Shown: positions 12,301-26,824 of the stretch, piece by piece
How positions within the stretch are numbered: position 1 is the stretch's first letter
How the letters are laid out: each line of letters opens with the position of its first letter
NCBI GenBank assembly: GCA_965235115.1
Contig: OZ249437.1
Location: 5,828,001 to 5,892,000, forward strand
Origin: Laetmonice hystrix
Taxonomy: Eukaryota
DNA: 64,000 nucleotides
Reading direction: 5' to 3'
The notes under the pieces: model-generated
What the model was told of the DNA's origin: nothing
Database searches by the model: none
Seen by the model: only the letters and a program-made list of their open reading frames with translations
Position numbers and translations under genes: made by a program

Positions 12301-13547
12301 ATAAAGTCAACAATGCGAAATTCAATATCTCCTAGTGTAAACATTTCCAAGGCTGCAATATGAATTTGCTCTGCGAATTTCAATGACCATTTCCTTGCCA
12401 CGCCATAAATCCCGTCACTTCCATCATATATTGCTGGGCTCCCTGTAGCCTCTTGTTCCAGCTTCCATGCCCATACAGAGGCAGTCAGCCCTGAGGTGTG
12501 CGCAGCCACACAGAAAATGGCCCAGCTGATCGATGGGTCATGTTGGCGGAACAAGCGGGCATGAAGACAAAGGCGGCGGCCGACACTGACCTCCCGGCTA
12601 CCGTCGGCGGGAAGCGGAGCGGTATCCTCCGGCTGACCTCCCGTCACCGCCTGTCCCTTACCTCCCGCTGGTCTAAACCTCTACGCTTACAACGGAACAC
12701 GGGGAATTAGGTCCCTGTCAGCACGACAATATCATATATATCACAGAGTGCTCGACGAATCTCGAAACACAAACACAAACGGCTAGCCACTCTGATCCAA
12801 ACCTCGGGCTTCATCACGGATAGCCCAGCGCATGTGGCTCATGAAACCGTCACCACGCACCCTTTCCAATGCCGACAGATGAAGGAATATTGAAGAACTT
12901 TTTTAGACAGGCACAATTTTTAGACAGGCATTTATCTTCTGCCTGCACATTATCTTGTTACATCCTGGCATGACCAGAATCGTTGGTGGAATCAGTGTCA
13001 TTGAAGTGACCTTCTCATCTCACAGTATGTTGTATCCTGATATGTCTCATAGACGGAACTATATAATTTCCATCCTTTACCGGAGTCACATTGCTAGCAG
13101 CACGGTCCATTACGGCACCATTCTACAGACCCTCTCACCAAACACGTGCCCACAGTTCGCAGAAAGCCGGTAAGATTGCGACCATGGATGTAGTACTTCG
13201 GACGACATCGACATTCGCGCCAGGATCTTTTTAAAACACTTACATAGGCCATAATCCGTACCAGAGTTAGAAACAGGCCTACGAATCTCTTGATACGATA
13301 TTAATATTACTATTACGGTTACCTCTTGTAAAATCCTGTCCAGGGAATCTGTACACAGTGGTAGTTATCAAAGCAGTTACACTGGGAAAGACATGCTTGA
13401 TTTAACACCATGCTCCTCGATACGCCTGCGACAAACAGCGGCATCGTTACGAAAACAGTAAAACTTGCCATCGTTTGGACTTGGTGTAGGTCCTCAAAAT
13501 TAGGTAGAATTGCAGTCGGAACTGGAATTGTCAGCTCTTCCATTTAT

Positions 13548-14561
13548 AACAGTTGTACGAACTAGATGCACCTAACAGTTGTACGAACTCGATGCACCAA
13601 ACGGTTGGACGAACTAGATGCACCTAACAGTTGTACGAACTAGATGCACCTAATAGTTGTACGAACTAGATGCACCTAACAGTTGTACGAACTCGATGCA
13701 CCAAACAGTTGTACGAACTAGATGCACCTAACAGTTGTACGAACTAGATGCACCTAACAGTTGTACGAACTAGATGCACCTAACAGTTGTACGAACTAGA
13801 TGCACCTAACAGTTGTACGAACTAGATGCACCTAACAGTTGTACGAACTAGATGCACCAAACGGTTGTACGAACTAGATGCACCTAACAGTTGTACGAAC
13901 TCGATGCACCTAACAGTTGTACGAACTAGATGCGCCTAACAGTTGTACGAACTCGATGCACCAAACGGTTGTACGAATTAGATGCGCCTAACAGTTGTAC
14001 GAACTCGATGCACCAAACGGTTGTACGAACTAGATGCGCCTAACAGTTGTACGAACTAGATGCGCCTAACAGTTGTACGAACTAGATGCGCCTAACAGTT
14101 GTACGAACTAGATGCACCTAACAGTTGTACGAACTAGATGCACCTAACAGTTGTACGAACTCGATGCACCTAACAGTTGTACGAACTAGATGCGCCTATA
14201 AGTTGTACGAACTAGATGCGCCTAACAGTTGTACGAACTAGATGCACCTAACAGTTGTACGAACTAGATGCACCTAACAGTTGTACGAACTAGATGCACC
14301 TAACAGTTGTACGAACTCGATGCACCAAACGGTTGTACGAATTAGATGCGCCTAACAGTTGTACGAACTAGATGCACCTAACAGTTGTACCAACTAGATG
14401 CACCTAACAGTTGTACGAACTAGATGCACCTAACAGTTGTACGAACTAGATGCACCTAACAGTTGTACGAACTAGATGCGCCTAACAGTTGTACGAACTA
14501 GATGCACCAAACAGTTGTACGAACTAGATGCACCAAACAGTTGTACGAACTCGATGCGCCT
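13548..14561. repeat. 26-bp minisatellite, about x39
   Basis: Unit aacagttgtacgaactagatgcacct with variants. Confidence 0.97.
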
Positions 14562-15003
14562 TCACAAGAAACAACTGCAAAATGGACCATCTTCCATATG
14601 TTGGCCAGTTTTCCGGACGTAAAGTGTCGCATGCACCATCGCTGTATCCACTACAAAATGGGAATAAGAGTACCTAAATCTACATTCACCATCACTACAT
14701 TTATCATCGTTAAAGACGTGGCTCAACTACCTGACTCGTCAAGCACAGCGAAGCTTTCAATGTTAACTCCATGAGTGCATCTAAGTGCAACGGGTTCCCT
14801 TCAAAGGAACCGCTTATTGTTTTTACTGTTTTTACTTGATTGCGCGGGAAGCTACATCTAATCGAGCGACTCGTATAATATCTAATATTGGTGTACAATT
14901 ACCTGATCTCATACTCTCCAGACATGAGTTAGCAGTCGGTGCTTGGACCGTCAGTATGAAGACAATATCGCATTACAATCCTCTCTATGTCATATCCCGG
15001 ATT

Positions 15004-15083
15004 TTCAATAGCTAAACACTTCAATAGCTAAACACTTCAATAGCTAAACACTTCAATAGCTAAACACTTCAATAGCTAAACAC
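15004..15083. repeat. 16-bp tandem repeat x5
   Basis: Unit ttcaatagctaaacac. Confidence 0.95.
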
Positions 15084-15247
15084 AGGACTGGGATGCCTTA
15101 CTATCTCGCTGGATTAAGGTCCGTGGACTGATAGGGGAGTTCATGGCCAAAGATAGAGTACATGTTGCTCATGCAAAGATAATAATTATAACAAGACTCC
15201 GTCGGAGTCACAGCTTCCAACTGGGTAGGGACTAATAATCTGTGGGT

Positions 15248-15330
15248 CCAGGAACTATGTGTACTTCGTATTATTGATATACAGTCCATGTGAGAACATC
15301 CATGATACATGGGTCACAAAGAAACTTCAT
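15248..15330 (+). repeat. Dispersed repeat, second copy at about 58655-58735
   Basis: caggaactatgtgtactt...atgatacatgg(g/t)tcacaaagaaa occurs at both positions. Confidence 0.7.
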
Positions 15331-15590
15331 GTCTTCATCCATCATTTGTAGTAAGTGGTTATCTTGAAGTGTTTTCGAGATATGAATCATCGAAAATGTC
15401 GCTAACCTTGATTGACCTCACAAAGTCACTCAATGTAAAGGGAAAGAGTCACAAATGAAACTTTAAATATGGCTTCCTAATCTCAGTTTGCAACCACTTT
15501 GTGAGCAAAAAAATGGGGGACGGGCCACTCAACAAACCGCCCCGTCCCGTGGTCCCGCAGATAAACGCTTATTTGTTGTTAATTCTTGTT

Positions 15591-15815
15591 TACCATTCGC
15601 CTCCTCCGGAAAGTATGGAACCCGATGCCTGGCGCATGAATACGGCACTCCACCTTCGGCCGGAGCTGTCTGGTGCTGCAGGTCCTCAAATTAGAAATAA
15701 TCCAAGGGCATAATAATAAACACGTAACGGCATTCGCCTCCTCCGGAAAGTATGGCACCCAATGCCTGGCGCATGAATACGGCACTTCGGCCGGAGCTGT
15801 CTGGTGCTGCAGGTC
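15591..15815. repeat. Local direct duplication of about 90 bp
   Basis: cattcgcctcctccggaaagtatgg...ctggtgctgcaggtc at about 15593 and about 15731. Confidence 0.9.
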
Positions 15816-16619
15816 AACACCACTCAGGGACGACTCGGTTACTCCTTCAGTATGAACGGTTCATGGTAGGTGGTTCTCGACCTTCTACCATTCCAGCCCC
15901 TGGCCCTATTAATTAGGTCTTCACCAGGATTGACCTTTTCTTCCTGCCACTAATTCACCCTTGATCAGCAATCACCAACACATTTGACAAGTAATTGGTG
16001 GCAATTACCCCCTCCCGTCCCCGTGTGCTTATTTCTCAATAACTGCTTAAAACCTTGTCATGGCGGCTAATGCAAAGTTCCACCGAAAGTTTCGCAATTG
16101 CCACAAAATAAGGGCTGATGACTTTTCCTGATGTACAGCCCGCAGAAGAACACTGGGAGGCTGTTGCTGATCTACGAGCGATTCGTTTTACTCCTGGCAC
16201 CAGTTATTTGGCCGCCGGTGTGGCCCACTCTTTGAGTCGCTTCCACAACTCGGAGACGCTGGGCCGCGCGTCCCCTGCAAGAGGTTGCCCCTAGGCGCCC
16301 AGCACCCTTTGTTAGCGGCCCCTCGTCTTCCACTCAATTGTGCCACGCACCAGACGCACAATTCACATCATTTGTAAATGTTTATGATTTGGTGCATGGC
16401 CTGGGGAAGCCATTGGGCGAGGTAATGGACCGACAACGGCCGCTCGGCGAAAAGCACGATGCTACCACGGCAGCCAACGAACATTTGCCGGTGTAACTCG
16501 GCGACAAGGAAATATGGCGCCGCAACTTGCTAATGTCATCCCTACATCCTTTAGTAAAGTAATTTAATATATACCCTGGCATAGTCCCAGCATTGCCTTC
16601 AATAAGACAGTAATACGTT

Positions 16620-16730
16620 GAGAGAGGGAGAGGGACAGAGAAGGAGGGGGAGGGGGAGAGGGAGAGAGAAACGGACAGACAGAGACAGACAGACAGACAG
16701 ACAGACAGAGATAGAGAGAGACAGAGATAG
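16620..16730. repeat. GA/CAGA microsatellite
   Basis: Read directly. A similar CT tract lies at 47205-47310, an AAAG tract at 37015-37070, and polyC/CA at 17060-17098. Confidence 0.95.
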
Positions 16731-19035
16731 TGAGAAGACCGCTTGCACTTGTAGTGGCGGATCGATGAATCGCACACCACCAATTTCTTATATCCAAATT
16801 AAATCCTATAAAGGTGAAGTTAATAAATACTATATCAAGATGTTAGGAACAATTGTCCTCTTTTTTCATAGCAAAATTTGTGTCAAAAAGCAGACTACTC
16901 CATCTCTCACTGCACCCCAGATCGATATTACCTGACCAGTGTTCCCACCACTGAAGTGACCATTGACTCGGAACCAGCGTTTGACCCTTGTTTTGTGTCC
17001 TAACGCTAACCCTTCCCCTACTGTCTGATGCAGCAGGATACAACCCAATCCTGGGAGTGCCCCCCCCCCCCCCCACACACACACACACCCACACACACGT
17101 GTCTATACAGGGCTCCAAGGCCCGTAAAATATGACTCTCCAGGTGTTTCCACCAATATATCATAGCTCACAAAGCCTGGCCGTCTCCTGTGTTAGCTAGA
17201 TGATGGATATTTGAGACTCGAGTTAGGGCCCCTCGGGTACAAGGTCTTATACGTGACCAAGCTCCGCCTGGCGGCCACTTCCTGCATTCTGCAGGGGCCG
17301 CATCATTAGCGCGCGCAGACCGGGCGATTGCCGGACGCTTCCTTCCTCGTAATGGCTTCCTCATAATGCCATAACAAGGAAAACACCGGAAAAAAGCCTG
17401 TCCCACATTGGCCTTTTAGTTATGGCTAATTGTTTCCTAACTCCATTTCCAAACCAGATGTGTATGAAAATAACCTCAGCCTTAAAGAGCTAAGGACACT
17501 AACTAAGACTGGTCCTTTCATGAGATTGAGTGACTTCTAGTCATGGGATGTAATGTGCTGCCCATCTCAGAAAGATAACCCCCGCTTTTTTGACAATTCG
17601 TCAGAATCCAACCAAAAGATGTGAAAATTCTACAACAGTACTGCCTTTCCAAAACGATTCATCGAAAAATCTCTTTTCCTTTCCATACTTGCTGGAACCG
17701 GTTGAGAATGACAAAAACATGGCTTGCCCTAATATGGGAGTGGTTCTTTCTTCCCAGTGACCTGCAGAGGCTAGGTGGACTGCCAGCCCAGCGGGGGGCA
17801 GTCCTGACAGTGGCTGTGACAGCAGCCGCTCTCCACACTCACAAGCCTTTCCAACAAATGGATGCATGGGTCTCCTACTTCAGAACACGCAGTGTCACCG
17901 ATGACACCAGCAAGCACTCCAATTCAGTAGTAGTCCCCTGGTCAGCTGACTCGGCGAGGAGCACTTCAGTTCACCGGTGCTCCTACAGAAAATCCATACT
18001 TCCCCCATGATGACTTTACCGTCGTACGCACTCTCTCTGCCCCCACCGGGACGTCTTGGAAGCACAAGAGTTCCCACTCTTCATTACCTCAAGGGTGTCC
18101 ATAACATCCACCAACCCCGTCTCATTCAAAGAAATTACCCTAACTGCATTAGTCATAAAAGGTGTTCAAGTTACCAGGGACAACCTGAAACGTTGCGTAC
18201 AAGAATGACGGTTTTAGTTGACCGACTGTCCACAACAGTTACTAAAATAGTCGACGCACTTAAAATTCCGAGCGAAAAACAACCGTATATCCTTCCAACA
18301 ACCAGTCGAGTAGTCGGGAGCTGTTTTCCGTCCGGCATACACGCATCAACTTTTTAGTTGTGGACAGTCGGCCAACTAAACAGTCGTACGTGTGTGCCGG
18401 GCTTCTGCTGGACGCCCACATAATACAGCAGAAATGATGCTGAAACCAATAGCTCATAGTTATACTGTTTTGTGTTATAATCAATGGTAGCAGGATGTCT
18501 GTTGCTGTTTCATTATACTAGATCACTACTGCATACCATTAATGAGCTTTCTCCCACTGACCACTGACTGAGTATGGATACATGAGGTGTACATGTTTAC
18601 AACATTAGCCAGGCGTGCTGGGCCACTTTATAAACACGTTGTGATAGCCATCAATCAATGTGCACCACTTCAGATTTCGTTACACCTTCTCGTAATCCTC
18701 AAGTTGAGGACGTTCAATCCCCTGGCCATTCCCTGGCCTCTGTTTCAGTGCAACATGTACTTGCATGTGGACGGCGTCAAGAATAACGAAGGTGTTTTTT
18801 GGGGTGTGTGTGTGGTGTGTGGCTGTGTTTGGTTGGAATACCGAATAGCACCAGTCGTCCCACAGCGGCATCCCGGCTTGTTGCTCGGGTTTCCTGTGTG
18901 CCCCAGGGGAGCCGTCTAAGTCCGGCAGTATAAGTCGGAGACAGGGGATCCCCTGACTAGGAGGCTGGTAGGTTTACTTTGTCTGGGGACGGTTCGATAT
19001 CGACCTCATCTTACTGAAAAACTGACCCAGCACCT

Positions 19036-19182
19036 CCCATTTTAGTCCCAGCTGACGCTTGATTTCCATTTAGTCCCAGCTGACGCTTGATTTCCATTTA
19101 GTCCCAGCTGACGCTTGATTTCCATTTAGTCCCAGCTGACGCTTGATTTCCATTTAGTCCCAGCTGACGCTTGATTTCCATT
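19036..19182. repeat. 28-bp minisatellite x5
   Basis: Unit ccatttagtcccagctgacgcttgattt. Confidence 0.95.
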
Positions 19183-20507
19183 TTGGGCCCTCGCCCATGT
19201 AGGAGAGAACGGCTGAACACTGGACGTCTATTTGACTGCTAATAATAAATCGGGATGACCACACAAATTACATTTTCAAATCCCTGATTTTTCCCTGCGC
19301 CAAGATAAATTTTCCCTGTGATCCCACATGGCTGTTAATCGGTGTTTTGATCAAATATGGCGGCCATTCTGTCATCTTGAATCAGATCGCCATCACTTTA
19401 TCCAATAACGAGATTTACTAGAGCATTTGCCTCATTTTGTTCTGGCTGGCAAATTTTTCCAATGTGTTTTTACTGTGGAGATTTTTACAAAATTCCTGTC
19501 TTCCCTGTAATGTATAGTCATGTGCACCCTGTAAATAAGATTGAGAAGACTGAAGTGAAAATTGAAGACAGTCCTGATTCAATACCCAGTTCATTAAAGT
19601 AGTCTTACTAATATTTTAGCGGATTCATTTTAAGTACTTCGTAAGAACACTTAAGGCCCTTTTTCACAACAAAACACACTTCCCGCAATCAAAGGGCTTT
19701 CCTAAGAAAAATATATTTCTAATGACTTTATAATCAAAGCCTCGTGGCAGGACACATTAGTCTACCCTGTAAGCTTGGAACAGTAAACTCAACACGAGTA
19801 GGCACGTCTCTGATGTGGAAAACTCTAAGTGCCAGCTCGTGCCACTTGACCCCGACTTTGAGAAGAACCATGTCAGCAGTCTTTGTGACCTACAAGGGAG
19901 AAGAACTTTGAGTGAGCAGCTCACTGCCCATGAAGGCGTGATCCCAATCCGAAAGAATGACGGCATCAAAAGGAAGACAAGCAGTACGAGGCTGAGGTTA
20001 ATCCGTTTCGTCTCTGTGCGATCCATTCCTTCATTTGTTGGATACTCTAAAGCCTCCGGTTTGTGACGCCCGACCACGATTCATCTCCTCACACAAGGAG
20101 GCAATACTCACGCCCTGTTCAGACCTATTCTTTGACCTGGGAGTTTGAAGAGGTCCTGAATCTCCACGACACTACATGTCTTACAAAGAAAATCTCCCTA
20201 CATCCATAGAGAAAACTAATCCTACTGTCGATGGCCCGACCATAAAACCTTACAAGACGTTACTTCGCTTTATATGTCTTACTTACATTTCTTATATTTC
20301 TTTGTTCAATGTAGTACATTTCATTTCAGTGTAGGGATATTTCTTTGTTCATTTCATTTCAGTACATTTAGTACATTTCATTTCAGTGTATAGGGATATT
20401 TCTTTGTTCAGTGTGTAGTACATTTCATGCAGCCGCACACATATTAAACACACTTCTGTCCACGACTCAATTCTTAGTTATGATATGCTTTTATTTGAGA
20501 ATTATCA

Positions 20508-20803
20508 CTGGGTAATAAGTTTATTTCCATTTGACATATGACATAGAATTGCAAGGTTACTCCGACAATAAGTTATATAGTTATACTGGGTAATAAGTTT
20601 ATTTCCATTTGACATATGACATAGAATTCCAAGGTTACTCCGACAATAAGTTATATAGTTATACTGGGTAATAAGTTTATTTCCATTTGACATATGACAT
20701 AGAATTCCAAGGTTACTCCGACAATAAGTTATATAGTTATACTGGGTAATAAGTTTATTTCCATTTGACATATGACATAGAATTCCAAGGTTACTCCGAC
20801 AAG
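20508..20803. repeat. 78-bp tandem repeat, about x3.8
   Basis: ctgggtaataag starts at 20508, 20586, 20664 and 20742. Confidence 0.97.
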
Positions 20804-22264
20804 ACCTATCAGGTCGTCACGTAAAGCGGTCTACTTCACAAACTGAATCAAACAAAATAACCAAACAGCTCAGAGCTGCTTGTGACCCCGGGAATAAGTC
20901 GGCAGTCGAGAAGTCATGTCACGCCCACTCTCCATGCCCTGTCATGACTTTGACACACCCCAGACAGCCGTGACGATCCTAAATACAATTACTGTTCGCC
21001 TCATGAAGAGGCAGTGACGGACGCCAGCTGATGAGCGTGTTGTTAAACAGGACATAGGCTACTCTAATTTCATTTTTATCTCCCATAGTATTTTATGTCA
21101 CATGAACATAATTTATCATCGGGACATCTTAAACTAGCTGACACGAGGCTGTAATCTAACATCCAGAGTTCGGAATTATATCTTGAATAAATGAATGAAT
21201 CAATGAATGTTTAAATGAATACAAAATATGTTGCAGAAACATGCCGCCAGGGAATTAAATGGTGTTAAGTTTGCTCGGTAGAAGTATCACTGGATGGGTT
21301 AACAGCACATCGAAGGCATCTAAGACATTTTCTGATACAGGTAAAATGTTTTGAGAAGTTTCATCCGCCGCACTTTCCAAAGTGCAAGAATCCCTTTGAT
21401 CCCCGCCACGTCTTGGGTTACGCAAAGTGATGTCTTTGTAAAGTAAGCTGTCGCCAGAAATCTGCAATGTTCACATGTGGCGGCTTACGAACGCGTTCTG
21501 TATGCGGACACCACAGTACCACGGGGACGCACTTCTTTAATTGTACCCCAAGGATGTGTATAGTTCGTCTGCTCTCTCCGTCCCCTTGGTATCTCGTGCC
21601 ATGCACTGTGTCAATATCAACCACGCTCTCAATGCAATAAACGTCTTTTAAGAGAGAACACATTTAATGGAGCCTTCCCCTTCTCCCTTCTTGCCTTTAA
21701 GTAAGTTTACAGACCTGCCTTCGCACCCTCGCCCAACCCGAGGTCTGGCTGGCCATTTTAAGTACATGTACTTGAAATGCTGGTCAGATGGTCAGAGGCA
21801 TTCTGCTTACCAAATAATGCCGTTTGTGGCGCACATCTCGCTGCTGTCGATATAAATTTGAGTTGATTAGCCTGCACGCAGATGCACCAGAAAGATATGG
21901 CCCCAGCAGGCCCACAAATTATATCACCATTACTTGGCCGGACCACTCAATCTGGGCGCCAGAGACAAACGTGCAAGTTCATGTGACCTGACAGACTGGT
22001 CATTGAAATGACACGGCCCTGGCTGCAAGACGTCAGATATGGATTGGCTGAGATTTGCAGCCTTAAGGACCAGTTATGGCAGTATCTGTGCAGCATACGG
22101 AGGGCATTCAAAACCAGCTTTCTGGAGGTGCACCAGTACCGTGGCCTTCTGTGTACGTGTGTTATATGATCTCCGTCTCAAGGACTGGCTTGCTGTCGGA
22201 GCGGAGTGCAGGTTATGTCTACATTCACCTTCCTTCATCACCAGTTGTGTGTGCAAGAAACGGC

Positions 22265-24609
22265 TCACACGACATACTAGTGCCTGAACTGAATTACCTA
22301 GGTATGCTGCCCTCACCTCCACATCAACAAAGGTTGCAAGTACTCAGGACCACACCCCCAGTTTATCAATCCATCAATCAATCACACGACATACTAGTGC
22401 CTGAACTGAGTTACCTAGGTATGCTGCCCTCACCTCCACATCAACAAAGGTTGTAAGTACTCAGGACCACACCCCCAGTTTATCAATCCATCAATCAATC
22501 ACACGACATACTAGTGCCTGAACTGAGTTACCTAGGTATGCTGCCCTCACCTCCACATCAACAAAGGTTGTAAGTACTCAGGACCACACCCCCAGTTTAT
22601 CAATCCATCAATCAATCACACGACATACTAGTGCCTGAACTGAGTTACCTAGGTATGCTGCCCTCACCTCCACATCAACAAAGGTTGCAAGTACTCAGGA
22701 CCAAACCACCAGTTTATCAATCCATCAATCAATCACACGACATACTAGTGCCTGAACTGAGTTACCTAGACGTATAGTGCCCTCACCTCCACATCAACAA
22801 AGGTTGCAAGTACTCAGGACCACACCCCCAGTTTATCAATCCATCAATCAATCACACGACATACTAGTGCCTGAACTGAGTTACCTAGGTATGCTGCCCT
22901 CACCTCCACATCAACAAAGGTTGCAAGTACTCAGGACCACACCCCCAGTTTATCAATCCATCAATCAATCACACGACATACTAGTGCCTGAACTGAATTA
23001 CCTAGGTATGCTGCCCTCACCTCCACATCAACAAAGGTTGCAAGTACTCAGGACCACACCCCCAGTTTATCAATCCATCAATCAATCACACGACATACTA
23101 GTGCCTGAACTGAATTACCTAGGTATGCTGCCCTCACCTCCACATCAACAAAGGTTGCAAGTACTCAGGACCACACCCCCAGTTTATCAATCCATCAATC
23201 AATCACACGACATACTAGTGCCTGAACTGAGTTACCTAGGTATAGTGCCCTCACCTCCACATCAACAAAGGTTGCAAGTACTCAGGACCAAACCACCAGT
23301 TTATCAATCCACCAATCAATCACACGACATACTAGTGCCTGAACTGAGTTACCTAGGTATGCTGCCCTCACCTCCACATCAACAAAGGTTGCAAGTACTC
23401 AGGACCAAACCACCAGTTTATCAATCCACCAATCAATCACACGACATACTAGTGCCTGAACTGAGTTACCTAGGTATGCTGCCCTCACCTCCACATCAAC
23501 AAAGGTTGCAAGTACTCAGGACCACACCCCCAGTTTATCAATCCATCAATCAATCACACGACATACTAGTGCCTGAACTGAGTTACCTAGGTATGCTGCC
23601 CTCACCTCCACATCAACAAAGGTTGCAAGTACTCAGGACCACACCCCCAGTTTATCAATCCATCAATCAATCACACGACATACTAGTGCCTGAACTGAGT
23701 TACCTAGGTATGCTGCCCTCACCTCCACATCAACAAAGGTTGTAAGTACTCAGGACCACACCCCCAGTTTATCAATCCATCAATCAATCACACGACATAC
23801 TAGTGCCTGAACTGAGTTACCTAGGTATGCTGCCCTCACCTCCACATCAACAAAGGTTGCAAGTACTCAGGACCAAACCACCAGTTTATCAATCCATCAA
23901 TCAATCACACGACATACTAGTGCCTGAACTGAATTACCTAGGTATGCTGCCCTCACCTCCACATCAACAAAGGTTGCAAGTACTCAGGACCACACCCCCA
24001 GTTTATCAATCCATCAATCAATCACACGACATACTAGTGCCTGAACTGAGTTACCTAGGTATGCTGCCCTCACCTCCACATCAACAAAGGTTGCAAGTAC
24101 TCAGGACCACACCCCCAGTTTATCAATCCATCAATCAATCACACGACATACTAGTGCCTGAACTGAGTTACCTAGGTATGCTGCCCTCACCTCCACATCA
24201 ACAAAGGTTGCAAGTACTCAGGACCACACCCCCAGTTTATCAATCCACCAATCAATCACACGACATACTAGTGCCTGAACTGAGTTACCTAGGTATGCTG
24301 CCCTCACCTCCACATCAACAAAGGTTGCAAGTACTCAGGACCACACCCCCAGTTTATCAATCCATCAATCAATCACACGACATACTAGTGCCTGAACTGA
24401 GTTACCTAGGTATGCTACCCTCACCTCCACATCAACAAAGGTTGCAAGTACTCAGGACCAAACCACCAGTTTATCAATCCACCAATCAATCACACGACAT
24501 ACTAGTGCCTGAACTGAGTTACCTAGGTATAGTGCCCTCATCTCCACATCAACAAAGGTTGCAAGTACTCAGGACCAAACCACCAGTTTATCAATCCACC
24601 AATCAATAC
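22265..24609. repeat. 117-bp satellite, about x20 (source of the 322-aa and 279-aa track ORFs)
   Basis: The unit translates to the 39-aa MLPSPPHQQRLQVLRTTPPVYQSINQSHDILVPELSYLG. Several units carry CAA->TAA. Confidence 0.97.
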
Positions 24610-25783
24610 ACTCTTACTTCAAATCTGACCTTCCAACTTTAGTGTGCACTTGAAAATTGGTGAATGCCCACCTCTCCGAGTTAGTAAGTCACGTGTTATT
24701 TACTGAATACATACGGTATATAAGAAAAGAGCCATTTAAACCCGTTGGATCACATGCCTAGCGCCTAACGAGTTGGACTGGATAACCGCGCTGCCTGCTC
24801 CAGAGGTTCATTTTTACATACTACTCACAAATCCGATTCACGTGTTAACATAGAATGATTATCCAAGCCGCAATTCCTGACTTTTTTCTACCGCGTTTCT
24901 AAAATATAAATATCAACTCATTTAAACTGATATAGGAAACAAATTAAACACAGCCTTTCACTGATTTGACTAATCTTTGTTTTCCAAGTAATGTTCTAAC
25001 CAAGTGTTGAGTCAGTCTATCGAGTTAGCCACATCGCCACCCGCCCAGCACTGGCTTACCACGGCCCTGAGTTGGCTGGCTGGTTGTGTGGCGGCAACCC
25101 CAGCCGCAGGGTTCAGACCAAGTCAGCAATGCTTGCACGTCTCATTTGTATTCAACACCCTGGGGACAACCAACCAGATCCAACAACCACAAGCAGATAG
25201 CAGATAGATTACTTTATGCCGACGGAATTTTCGCACTGGAATCAGTCAAAGTCGATATTATTCGAGCTGACAAATTGATTTGCTGTGCCACAGGATACTA
25301 GCTTAATAAGTTATGTCCCGCAGGCTGACCAGGGTCAGCGTAAAATCTTACAATGTTGACTTCGGGTCCATAAACTGACAACACATTCTTCATCATGTTC
25401 TTCTCCTCTTTCTTTCCCTTCGAAATCCCAAAAGATTAATTCCTAGTCTCACTTTTTACCCCATCTTCCTGACTGGCTGAATAAAGAAAAACATGGACAT
25501 GGAATTAGGATCCTCTTAAAGTGAGGGTTTTTATTCTGAAATGCAGATGATCTTTTTTAGTCTTTCCTAAATGTAGTCCGTGGCGGGAGCCTGCTATTCT
25601 TGGCTTTCTATTCTCCACTTGTGTACGCTTCAACATTGGCAACTGAATGCTTTCTAAACTCAGGGGCAGTCCAGATGGAATTCCTTAATCTCTCCGATTA
25701 CTGATGACAGGAGGCGGAATGGCTCTCAGAGGTTCTTAATCCCATTCCACATGACTCGTCTCCTTCCACTGTGTTCATGGGTG

Positions 25784-26600
25784 GATGACCAGCCCACAGT
25801 ACCCCACCCTCCAGTCTCACTGACGACCAGCCCACAGTACCCCACCCTCCAGTCTCACTGACGACCAGCCCACTGTACCCCACCCTCCAGTCTCACTGAC
25901 GACCAGCCCACAGTACCCCACCCTCCAGTCTTACCGACGACCAGCCCACAGTACCACACAGTCTCACTGACGACCAGCCCACAGTACCCCACCCTCCAGT
26001 CTCACTGACGACCAGCCCACTGTACCCCACAGTCTCACTGACGACCAGCCCACAGTACCCCACCCTCCAGTCTTACCGACGACCAGCCCACAGTACCCCA
26101 CCCTCCAGTCTCACTGACGACCAGCCCACAGTACCCCACCCTCCAGTCTCACTGACGACCAGCCCACTGTACCCCACAGTCTCACTGACGACCAGCCCAC
26201 AGTACCCCACCCTCCAGTCTCACTGACGACCAGCCCACAGTACCCCACCCTCCAGTCTCACTGACGACCAGCCCACAGTACCCAACCCTCCAGTCTTACC
26301 GACGACCAGCCCACAGTACCCCACCCTCCAGTCTCACTGACGACCAGCCCACAGTACCCCACCCTCCAGTCTCACTGACGACCAGCCCACAGTACCCCAC
26401 CCTCCAGTCTCACTGACGACCAGCCCACAGTACCCCACCCTCCAGTCTTACCGACGACCAGCCCACAGTACCCCACCCTCCAGTCTTACCGACGACCAGC
26501 CCACAGTACCCCGCCCTCCAGTCTCACCGATCACCAGCCCACAGTACCCCACCCTCCAGTCTTACTGGCGACCAGCCCACAGTACCCCACCCTCCAGTCT
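25784..26600. repeat. 38-bp minisatellite, about x22, with shorter variant units
   Basis: Unit gacgaccagcccacagtaccccaccctccagtctcact. Confidence 0.97.
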
Positions 26601-26824
26601 CAGGGTAAGAGGTCCAGATAGCCTACCTCCATGGTCGGGTAGGACCGGTAAGCAGGCCCCACACTGGGTGCCATTACAGGACCGTCCACTGATATTTGTA
26701 GGCGGGGGTCATCCCTGATTGAACGGCCCCCAGAGAACACCCCCCCCCCCCCCTCACTTCTCCCCTTCCTGCGGGAGGAGCCCACTGACCACGAAAAGTC
26801 CACATGAAGCCGTACACTGCCAAC

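Noticed and set aside
12976-12990. RIVGG trypsin activation motif
   Set aside because: The following P-W-x-V-S-L and catalytic motifs are absent, so this is a chance match.
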